Assembly: GCA_036986255.1 (NCBI GenBank)
Contig: BTRF01000002.1
Coordinates: 1-37,618, forward strand
Direction: 5' to 3'
Source of the DNA: Patescibacteria group bacterium
GTDB lineage: Bacteria > Patescibacteriota > WWE3 > 9FT-COMBO-53-11
Length of the DNA: 37,618 nucleotides
Positions 1-7,241 of the stretch are shown here, piece by piece. The position numbers and the translations under genes were made by a program. The first letter of the stretch is position 1. Every line of letters begins with the position of its first letter. The notes under the pieces were generated by a model. The model had not been told where the DNA came from, did no database searches, and worked only from the letters and a program-made list of their open reading frames with translations.

Positions 1-1094
1 AGTCCTGGGGGGAGGAGGACACTAAAAACCCCTCCGGACCCCGGAGAAGTGCTGGCTCCGGCCATGTTTGACCAAAACTTACCCGCCAGGGATACCTTGG
101 TTTGGACGTCCAAAGGACCGGTTGCGGAGAATTTTTCTTCACCGCCGGGGCAAATCCCGTCGCCACCCGGATCTCCAACGCAGTCAGGATCGTTTTTGTT
201 GAGTTTGATGGCGGGTTTCTTGTCTGGGCCTTTGGGTAGTGATTGTTTAGCCCGCCACTTTACCCTTCGGGTCGGGTCGATCACCTCTATCTTCGAGGGG
301 TCAAACTTCTCTGCAGGGCAGTTGACTTTGTTAGGATCCTGCAGATCGAACTTGGGGGCGAAGGGCATAAGGGCCTGCTTGAGAAGTCCGTAGCGATCGT
401 AATTTGTGGGGATCTCGCCGAATTTGCTTTTGAGGCCGTACTTATCTTTCTCGTTCTGATTAGGAAGCGGTTCGATATCATAGTACGGTTCTTTTGAATC
501 GTCCCCCTGGTTGGCTCCTATTATCCTGTCCTTTCCTTCGACGCGTCTTTCTTGGTTGAGGATGATGAACCCTTCAGCCATCTGGGCTTCGGTCCGGTCA
601 AAGGCGTATAGAGGGTCTATCTCCTTTCCGTCGCTGTTTTCCTGAGTGTAATTGGGAGGCAGGAGTTTTGCGAGGGAGCCGGTGAGTTCTCCGGGTTCCT
701 TCGACCCCGGATCCCCCGACAAGGCCAGCTTCCTCGCCCGGGCGAGAGAGTCAGGCATTGTGGAGTTGCCGAAACTGAGCTTGGCCTTGCTCTCCGCATT
801 TGTGGAGAAGACGGCAAAGCTCTTTTTAAAGAAGCAGTATATCTGACCGAAAAACCCGTCGCATTTGACCGTGTCTTCCTCTACAACCGCCTTGGAGTTA
901 GTTACTTCCCCGGATATGGATTTGGCTCCCTTCCTTAGTTTAGAGGCGGGGCAGGTCGGCGAGTCTTCAGCCGCGAATACCGGCGCGGCTGGGCCTCCCA
1001 AACCGATCGGCATACGGGTTGGGGGTACGCTAAGGTTGAAAGCTATGTAAGCCCCCAGGACCAATTGAATAAGGAGAAGATATCTAAGCTTCAT
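1..1094 (-). CDS. secreted protein of unknown function, 3' end cut by window edge (absent from supplied ORF track)
   Basis: Own translation of the minus strand. It starts at ATG 1094-1092 with MKLRYLLLIQLVLGAYIAFNLSVPP... (signal-peptide-like) and stays open for 364 codons to position 3. There is no stop before the window edge, which explains its absence from the track. All plus-strand ORFs here are short. It has the same direction as pilin gene 1169..1543 and lies 75 nt downstream of it. No family recognised. Confidence 0.6.
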   Translation of the reverse strand, partial: MKLRYLLLIQLVLGAYIAFNLSVPPTRMPIGLGGPAAPVFAAEDSPTCPASKLRKGAKSISGEVTNSKAVVEEDTVKCDGFFGQIYCFFKKSFAVFSTNAESKAKLSFGNSTMPDSLARARKLALSGDPGSKEPGELTGSLAKLLPPNYTQENSDGKEIDPLYAFDRTEAQMAEGFIILNQERRVEGKDRIIGANQGDDSKEPYYDIEPLPNQNEKDKYGLKSKFGEIPTNYDRYGLLKQALMPFAPKFDLQDPNKVNCPAEKFDPSKIEVIDPTRRVKWRAKQSLPKGPDKKPAIKLNKNDPDCVGDPGGDGICPGGEEKFSATGPLDVQTKVSLAGKFWSNMAGASTSPGSGGVFSVLLPPG

Positions 1095-1168
1095 CAGATA
1101 AATCTTAGCAGAATTTGTCGGGTGGACCTGCCAAATTTACTCGGCTTCTTTTGTAGGGATTGTTTAAC

Positions 1169-1543
1169 CTATACCCCTAGGGTGGTGAGGGCGATATTGA
1201 CAACGAGGATAGCACCCAGGACTATCAGGAGCCCGAGGATGGAGTAAGTGATGGTTGCTTTGGCGGTGGCTAAGGCCTTTTCATCTCCCCCGGAGACCAT
1301 GTATTGCAACCCCCCTATGGCCAGAAAAATTAAAGCGATCACACCTCCGGTGGATATGAGGATGTTAATTATTTTTCCGAGGACGCAAAACAGCCCGGTG
1401 ATCTCCTCCGTGCTGCAGGCGCCTGAACCAAAGCTTATTTGGAGGTAGTTCTCGACCACCTGGTTGACGGTTACGGCTAGGACAGCACTACCCGCCCTTA
1501 CAAGGGATACCAATGCTATTAGTAAGCTAATTGCTAACTTCAT
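1169..1543 (-). CDS. VirB2/TrbC-type (T4SS-pilin-like) small membrane protein
   Basis: 124 aa with a hydrophobic N-terminus. Two C-terminal hydrophobic helices flank AIGGLQYMVSGGDEKALATAK. ATG at 1543. Paralog of 1559..1927. Confidence 0.75.
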   Translation of the reverse strand: MKLAISLLIALVSLVRAGSAVLAVTVNQVVENYLQISFGSGACSTEEITGLFCVLGKIINILISTGGVIALIFLAIGGLQYMVSGGDEKALATAKATITYSILGLLIVLGAILVVNIALTTLGV

Positions 1544-1558
1544 TACTGTGTAGCGATA

Positions 1559-1927
1559 TCAAATACCTGGTTCCAAAATGTTCTCTACACCCAGCAAACC
1601 GCCAAGTATGTTAATAACCAACCACGCGCCAAAGACGATCAGAAGTCCTACTATGGCGGCGGTGATTCGCCCGCGGGCTTTCTCAACGGCGAACTTATCC
1701 CCGCCGGAGGTCATGTATTGAATTCCTCCAACGGCAAGGAGAATCAGCGCCAACGCCCCTACTATGAGGAGGATAGCGTTAAAAGCTATGGTTATAAGGT
1801 CCCCGAAACTGTTGACCTTAGATAGCGGATTTGTAATACCAGATGCATCTTCTTCGGCAAAAACCAGTGCTGTTGAAGCTATTAATCCTGTGCCGGCTGC
1901 GACGGCTGCTTTAATTTTTTTGATCAC
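1559..1927 (-). CDS. VirB2/TrbC-type (T4SS-pilin-like) small membrane protein
   Basis: 122 aa. GTG start at 1927 is preceded by GGGAGGAGGTGA. It has a signal-like N-terminus and the motif AVGGIQYMTSGGDKFAVEKARGRI between two hydrophobic helices. Confidence 0.75.
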   Translation of the reverse strand: MIKKIKAAVAAGTGLIASTALVFAEEDASGITNPLSKVNSFGDLITIAFNAILLIVGALALILLAVGGIQYMTSGGDKFAVEKARGRITAAIVGLLIVFGAWLVINILGGLLGVENILEPGI

Positions 1928-2035
1928 TTACTTCACCTCCTCCCTACTACTTAGTTCAGAAAAACGGAATACCTTTGATACCGCCTCCAATTATATAGGG
2001 AATTAATGCTGAAAACAATAGGAAGATGACCACCG

Positions 2036-2044
2036 TGGTATACT
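2036..2044 (+). promoter_or_regulatory. possible extended -10 element (TGgTATACT) for the vWA gene
   Basis: TGGTATACT lies 49 nt upstream of the GTG at 2093. No convincing -35. Confidence 0.3.
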
Positions 2045-2092
2045 ATAGGGCAGTAGTTCAAAACTGAACCATGAAGTAGGGAGGAGGATTCT

Positions 2093-2821
2093 GTGTCCAA
2101 AGCATTGGTCACCATTGGTAGTAAGAAGGCGGGGAAACCGGCCTTAATTCAAAGGGAAACCGCCATTGCTATTGGCGGCAATGAGATCAGATCGGGAAAG
2201 CTTATCGATCTCGTTTTTATTATTGATACAACCGGTTCAATGACCGATAAGATCGATGGTCTTTTGAAGACCTGCTCTGAATTTATTGATGATTTTGCTC
2301 GTCTTGGTCTCGATTGTCAAATCGCAATCGTCTCTTTTGGGGATCTTACTGTACCGGGCGACAGGATCGACGCGTTTCCTTTCACGAAAAGGGCTGAAGC
2401 TGCGAAGAGATACCTGTCCGATATCCCCATGAACAATGGGGGAGGAAATGACGGTGAGTCATCGCTTGAGGCACTCGAGAAAGCGATGACGTTGGAGTCG
2501 CGTTCTGGATCGGTTCGGGTGTTTATCCTCATTACCGACGAACCGGCTCATGGAGGTCGGTCGAGAATTAAGACAGTGACCGCACGGCTTACCAAACGCG
2601 AGATCATGGTCTTTGTGATTTCCCCATCGCTTGATTATTTTAAGAGGATGGCCAAGCAAACCGGAGGGGATTGGTACCAGATTGCCGCGGATACTAGCTT
2701 CCGCTCAATTCTGGATCTCTTTCGCACCGTGTCAAAGAAAGTATCGCAAGTTGTTTTGGACGTCCACCAACTCGGCCAAGGGAGCGTCTCTCGCTACCTT
2801 CAACTGAAGTCTGGAAAGTAG
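2093..2821 (+). CDS. von Willebrand factor A (vWA) domain protein, cytosolic
   Basis: GTG start with GGGAGGAGG 7 nt upstream. MIDAS-type DLVFIIDTTGSM. It has the alternating hydrophobic strand pattern of a vWA fold and no signal peptide. Confidence 0.8.
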   Translation: MSKALVTIGSKKAGKPALIQRETAIAIGGNEIRSGKLIDLVFIIDTTGSMTDKIDGLLKTCSEFIDDFARLGLDCQIAIVSFGDLTVPGDRIDAFPFTKRAEAAKRYLSDIPMNNGGGNDGESSLEALEKAMTLESRSGSVRVFILITDEPAHGGRSRIKTVTARLTKREIMVFVISPSLDYFKRMAKQTGGDWYQIAADTSFRSILDLFRTVSKKVSQVVLDVHQLGQGSVSRYLQLKSGK

Positions 2822-2829
2822 CCTAAGTG

Positions 2830-2863
2830 CCCGCAGTTCCTTTTTGCTGCGGGCTTTTTATTT
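2830..2863 (+). terminator. rho-independent terminator
   Basis: CCCGCAG(loop)CTGCGGG followed by CTTTTTATTT, 9 nt after the vWA stop. Confidence 0.6.
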
Positions 2864-2924
2864 GCGTTTCTAACCGCTAGATGTTACCCTATAGTGACAT
2901 TAATAATCTGAGGGAGGAGGAGAG

Positions 2925-4127
2925 ATGAAGGATCACTACCGTACCTTGGGTGTTCATCCCAAAGCAGAGGCAGAGGTGATTAAGGGTGCCTACAAAATCT
3001 TAGCCAAGAAGTATCACCCGGATATAAATTCGTCAGCTGATGCGGCGGAGAAGATGAGAGAGATTAACGAGGCAAACGAGGTCTTGAGCGACCCTGTTCG
3101 CAGGGCTGATTATGAGCAAGATTATGACTTGCATTTTGGGACTGATTTATCCGCCGATCCCCCGCTCTTGAAAGTTCGGCCAAAGACCTTAAATTTTGGC
3201 GAACTCAAGGTCGGAGAGACGGCTGAGAAGCGTTTTATAGTTAAGAATCTCGGCGGACCTCTTAAAGGACAGTTGAACATTGATGAATCGCAATGCCGAG
3301 ATTGGGCAACAGTGAGTGCCCGCCCTCTCTTGGACGATTCCGTGTTCCCCCTTGAGGTTACGGTTGAGGTTGATACTACGGATCTTTCGCCGGGCAAGAG
3401 CCACCGCGCGCGGATCCTTCTTCAATACTTGGATGAGGAGATTGCAGTTTCGCTCCGTGTGGTGGTTTTGTCTTCCAAGAGAAGGCGAAGTTCTAAAACG
3501 CGGCCAACCCCTCGCACCTACGATCCCGACCCTTTCATGGATGTTGGGGATGCCCTCAGAGGGTTTGGGTTTGTGATCGCAGTAGCAGTAATCTCTGCCT
3601 GGTTCTTCTTCTCGCCCGTTATTGGGTGGGGTGGCGCGCAGATTGAAGCAACACACCATGCCGAAATTGCCCAACGAACCGAGGTTTTTGAAGATATTGT
3701 ACTTCGCCTTGGCGAGATTATTGACCTGGAGAAGCGTGAGGTGGAGGACCAGAGGTTTGAGGAAGAGGGTCTTTACGCTACCTACTACGTTACCGTCGAG
3801 AACCAGAGTGATAATTCCCACGAGATCTTACTGGTTTACAAGCTGCGGGGACAATTTGGGGATCTCACAGATCCTGTCTATAAAACCCTCCTTGTGCCTC
3901 CGCGATCGCGGGTGAGTTTTGAGGTTACCCATCCCATTGGCTTCACCTGGGTGCCTTCTGGGGGAAGGAGTTGGTACGTTCCTGGGGACTACTTCTTTGC
4001 CAAGTTGGAGAGGGTTGACGGGGTGGCTCGTGAAGACACTTCTTGGCCTTATCGCTGGTGGGACTTTGAGCTTAAGGTGGTGGGTATTTCTTTCAACTAC
4101 GAGGATTACCACTATCCAGGGGAATGA
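2925..4127 (+). CDS. J-domain (DnaJ N-terminal) membrane protein
   Basis: ATG is preceded by GAGGGAGGAGGAGAG. J-domain reads DHYRTLGV...AYKILAKKYHPDIN...EINEANEVLSDPVRRADY, with the HPD motif. A beta-rich middle domain follows, then one TM (FGFVIAVAVISAWFFFSPVIGWGG) and a ~160-aa C-terminal domain of unknown family. Confidence 0.8.
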   Translation: MKDHYRTLGVHPKAEAEVIKGAYKILAKKYHPDINSSADAAEKMREINEANEVLSDPVRRADYEQDYDLHFGTDLSADPPLLKVRPKTLNFGELKVGETAEKRFIVKNLGGPLKGQLNIDESQCRDWATVSARPLLDDSVFPLEVTVEVDTTDLSPGKSHRARILLQYLDEEIAVSLRVVVLSSKRRRSSKTRPTPRTYDPDPFMDVGDALRGFGFVIAVAVISAWFFFSPVIGWGGAQIEATHHAEIAQRTEVFEDIVLRLGEIIDLEKREVEDQRFEEEGLYATYYVTVENQSDNSHEILLVYKLRGQFGDLTDPVYKTLLVPPRSRVSFEVTHPIGFTWVPSGGRSWYVPGDYFFAKLERVDGVAREDTSWPYRWWDFELKVVGISFNYEDYHYPGE

Positions 4128-4135
4128 ATCTCTCT

Positions 4136-4176
4136 ACCCAGCTTGTGGCTTGCCATGAGCTGGGTTTTTCTTTTTA
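4136..4176 (+). terminator. rho-independent terminator
   Basis: ACCCAGCT(14-nt loop)AGCTGGGT followed by TTTTTCTTTTT. Confidence 0.6.
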
Positions 4177-4317
4177 TTCCATCTCAATGTGAATTTAAGG
4201 ACAACGCTAACGATGGGGCAGATGAAAGAGCTAGTAAAGCTACGGCCGCGGTGGTTGTTGCTTTAATTCTTTTTGGTCGCCTACCTCCACTCCTCACTAC
4301 TGCTTAGTCTGTGGAAA

Positions 4318-5250
4318 CTAAATACCTATGATTTCGCCTTTAATTATTTTCAGAATTAGCCACGAAAGCAAAAGGAAGAGCAGTCCCGCCAGGGCGGCGG
4401 TGATGATCTGTTTGGATTTTTCGAGTTTATCAGGGTCGCCGGACGAAGTGGCTACCCCGAACCCCCCGATGATGGTGAACAGGACCGCCAAAAGTGCTCC
4501 TACCCCATAACCTATTTTCAAAATATCTGCTCCAAGTTTAGCTGGGTCTGTGGATATCTCCCAAGGTCCAATATTAACAGTCGACTTCTTCTTAAATAGA
4601 TCCCAGCCCAACTTGGTTTTCCCATTTGTGCCTGTACCTGTAGAATCAGCGGTTTTGCAACACCTGGCAACGTCAACAGTATCGGCTACGCAATCCCCTC
4701 CACAACTTAAATCGCACTTTGATGCTGTTCCGTAAGAACTGGTCCCATCTGGACAGGTGGGTGCTTTACACTCCCATGGTGCACATCTTTTCACCCCATC
4801 GCTGTCTCTTTTACATTCTCTGCCGAAGGGTGCACACAGCCCACTGCAAGCTGCGGCATTTTGTGTCTCGTTCGTAAGGAAGGGGCACACTCCCGCCCCC
4901 ACATCAGGGCAACACCTCTCGACGGTTCCCTCCTTGTCTGGGATGCAACTTTGGGAGCAAGCATTTCCGCACTGTATGGCGTCTGGATACTCCGTAGTTT
5001 TGGACGGGCAATCGGCTACCGTGGTAACCGCGCAACAGAGATTTTCTCCAGTTTGGGCATCCGGATAGCAGGTTGTTCCACACAAAGAGTTGCAGGTGCT
5101 GGCATTCGGGTAAGGGAACGTTCCTCCGGGGCAGTCCGTTGCCGCAGAGGTTTTTGATGGGGATAAAGCCATCAGGCCAAAAAATATGAGACCCGCCAGT
5201 ACCGTTGCGATGAAGATCGGTCTGAATGAAATTTTCATCATCAAGCCCAT
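4318..5250 (-). CDS. Cys-rich four-module repeat protein fused to a C-terminal VirB2/TrbC-type pilin domain
   Basis: Signal/TM N-terminus. Four modules have spacing C-x12-C-x3-C-x3(6)-C-x9-10-CC. A Thr/Gly linker follows, then ...IIGGFGVATSSGDPDKLEKSKQIITAALAGLLFLLLSWLIL..., which matches the layout of the two small pilins. Confidence 0.7.
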   Translation of the reverse strand: MGLMMKISFRPIFIATVLAGLIFFGLMALSPSKTSAATDCPGGTFPYPNASTCNSLCGTTCYPDAQTGENLCCAVTTVADCPSKTTEYPDAIQCGNACSQSCIPDKEGTVERCCPDVGAGVCPFLTNETQNAAACSGLCAPFGRECKRDSDGVKRCAPWECKAPTCPDGTSSYGTASKCDLSCGGDCVADTVDVARCCKTADSTGTGTNGKTKLGWDLFKKKSTVNIGPWEISTDPAKLGADILKIGYGVGALLAVLFTIIGGFGVATSSGDPDKLEKSKQIITAALAGLLFLLLSWLILKIIKGEIIGI

Positions 5251-5432
5251 AATAGCAGAACTGGGTGGGGTGTGGCGAGTAGCACGTATTCAGTAGTAAG
5301 TGACTAGCGACTGGTAGAAAGGGATTCCTCTTGCTACTAACCGGGGGTGCTAAAATGAGGACAGGAGTACTGCCCCTCCTACGCTAAGGCTATGGAGGGC
5401 AGGCCAAAGTTGATCCTGAGCTTGCCGAAAGA

Positions 5433-7223
5433 ATGCGCAAAATTCTAATCCTCAGTTTAATTCTCCTAGCTCTTCTTACCTCTGTAGTTGTAACTCGTGC
5501 GGTCGTGGACGAAGAGATTGAGAAGGTAACCAATGAACTTAGCAAGCAGAAGCAGCAGCTCTCCAATCTGGAGAAGAGGAAGGAGCAGTTGGCTAAGGAC
5601 ATCTCCTCCGCCTCAATCTCCCTCGCCCAGGTTTCGGCCGAGCTCTCCGCCGCCGAGGAGGATTTGAGCAAGATCCAAAAGGAGCTCAATCAGCGGGAGA
5701 AAACCCTCGAACAGTGGGAGAAAGACCGCAACGCCCTCATTAGAGATCTTTATAAGCAGAGCCGCATCTCCCCGCTGGAGATTTTATTTTCTTCTGATAA
5801 CCTGGTTGACTCGACCAAACAGCTGCAGTATTTTGACGACAACCTTAAGCTCCTGAAACAGCGGATTACCCTATTGATTGGTGAAATAGACACTTTTAAG
5901 AAGAATCAGGCCAAGGCGAAAGAGTTGCGGGACGACCTGGCGGCATTGCGCTCCCAATATACATCGAGTTTGTATTCGGCCCAAACTTCCTACTCCTCTG
6001 TGTCAAGCCAAGTTTCTGAGATAACCAAGTACGTGAAGTATTTGTCAGAAAAGCAGAAGCAACTTCTGCTAGAGAAGTTTGGGGCCATAAACGTTTCGGT
6101 TGGAGATGTTCCTCCCACGCTTGATCCTAAACTCTCCAGCAGTTACAACCCTGGGCTCTCTCCCAGACTTGCCGTGTTTTCGTTTGGTATTCCTCACAGG
6201 GTCGGGATGAGCCAGTATGGTGCGTATGGACGTGCCCTCGCCAATCAGGACTACAAGCAGATTCTCAAAGCTTACTACTCTAACGTTTCAATTGGCTCAT
6301 ACTCAGTTCCTTCCAAGATTAAGGTTCAAGGTTACGGTGATATACCCTTCGAGGGTAAATATCTTAGAGGTATCTCAGAGGTACCGCGGAGTTGGCCGAT
6401 GGCAGTGCTCAAAGCCCAGGCGGTCGCTGCCCGCACCTATGCCTTGAATTGGGTTAGCAACAACCCGGGACAGGCAATATGCACCACCCAGTCATGCCAG
6501 GTTTACCGTGGCGACACCGATCGTGCCAACTGTAATGGGACTTACAACAGGCGTTGGTGTGACGCGATCGAAGCAACCGAAGGGGTTGTCATTAAATCTG
6601 TAGACACCGGTGAGCCAATTACCGCATGGTACGCTTCAACGGCTGGTGGCTACACGAGGTCTTCGGCTGATGTGTGGGGTGGATACCGATCTTGGGTTCC
6701 ATCGACGAGGATAGATACACCAGGACGTGATCCTAGTAAGTGGTTTGCCGACGCTTATGAAGGGGTAAAGTACGGTAACTCCCCCTATTTTTATGCTGCA
6801 TGGTATTACGCATGGAGCAAGGCCGGTAATAAGTTGGTTTCTCCCCAGTTTCAGCACCCGTGGTTTAACCAAAAATACATGAATGATATCGTTAATTCTG
6901 TCTTGCTGTATAAAAGAGACAATTCGCTCCTTCCGTACCTCAGCGCACCAGATTGGAAGCTTCCTAACACTTGGAGCTTCTCTGATGTGGTGAGAGAGTT
7001 GCAAAATCGGGGGGGAGAGCCAGTTAGCAGAATTAATTCGGTTCTGACGATTGTTGATAAAAATGTTGGGAAGGTATCTAAAGTACGCTTTACTGTCGAC
7101 AGTGGAAGAACCGTTGAGATAAGTGGCTTGGAGTTTCTCACAGTCTTTAACACCCGAGCTCCTGGATACATCCATATAAAGAGCCTTTATAAGTATCCCC
7201 TCTTTAATATCGAATTAAAGTAA
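5433..7223 (+). CDS. SpoIID/LytB-domain protein with N-terminal coiled coil
   Basis: Signal/TM, then a long heptad-like region. SpoIID signatures are present: HRVGMSQYGAYGRA, ALKAQAVAARTYAL, CTTQSCQVYRG, ATEGVVI, WYASTAGGYT. Confidence 0.85.
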   Translation: MRKILILSLILLALLTSVVVTRAVVDEEIEKVTNELSKQKQQLSNLEKRKEQLAKDISSASISLAQVSAELSAAEEDLSKIQKELNQREKTLEQWEKDRNALIRDLYKQSRISPLEILFSSDNLVDSTKQLQYFDDNLKLLKQRITLLIGEIDTFKKNQAKAKELRDDLAALRSQYTSSLYSAQTSYSSVSSQVSEITKYVKYLSEKQKQLLLEKFGAINVSVGDVPPTLDPKLSSSYNPGLSPRLAVFSFGIPHRVGMSQYGAYGRALANQDYKQILKAYYSNVSIGSYSVPSKIKVQGYGDIPFEGKYLRGISEVPRSWPMAVLKAQAVAARTYALNWVSNNPGQAICTTQSCQVYRGDTDRANCNGTYNRRWCDAIEATEGVVIKSVDTGEPITAWYASTAGGYTRSSADVWGGYRSWVPSTRIDTPGRDPSKWFADAYEGVKYGNSPYFYAAWYYAWSKAGNKLVSPQFQHPWFNQKYMNDIVNSVLLYKRDNSLLPYLSAPDWKLPNTWSFSDVVRELQNRGGEPVSRINSVLTIVDKNVGKVSKVRFTVDSGRTVEISGLEFLTVFNTRAPGYIHIKSLYKYPLFNIELK

Positions 7224-7241
7224 TTTGCTATCATCATCCTG

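Noticed and set aside
1-1094. The absence of any long ORF in the track over the first ~1.1 kb suggested non-coding DNA or an alternative genetic code.
   Set aside because: Manual translation shows a standard-code minus-strand ORF that is open from ATG 1094 to the window edge. The track omits it because it has no stop inside the window.
3189-3821. Long antisense ORFs (3189..3821, 7652..8368, 16776..17483, 19549..20175, 31365..32162, 34747..35403, all minus strand; 127-265 aa class).
   Set aside because: Each lies opposite a plus-strand gene with unmistakable domain motifs (J-domain protein, RpoD, GH1, PD40 repeats, hexapeptide repeats). They have no SD and low-complexity Arg/Pro/Gly-rich translations. 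They are shadow ORFs.
4190-4305. A 37-codon minus-strand ORF (GTG...RRPKRIKATTTAAVALLALSSAPSLALSLNSH*) downstream of the Cys-rich pilin gene, near a GAGGAGTGGAGGT tract.
   Set aside because: No canonical start lies at SD distance. The GTG that opens the frame sits immediately 5' of, and overlaps, the SD-like tract rather than lying downstream of it. There is no family resemblance.
5417-5429. The exact 13-mer TGAGCTTGCCGAA is shared with 11906-11918, and CCTGAGCT words recur (5414, 12700s, 13246, 24368), possibly belonging to the tRNA-flank repeat family.
   Set aside because: By rough count, several exact 13-mer coincidences are expected by chance in a 37.6-kb window read on both strands, and the surrounding sequence does not align.
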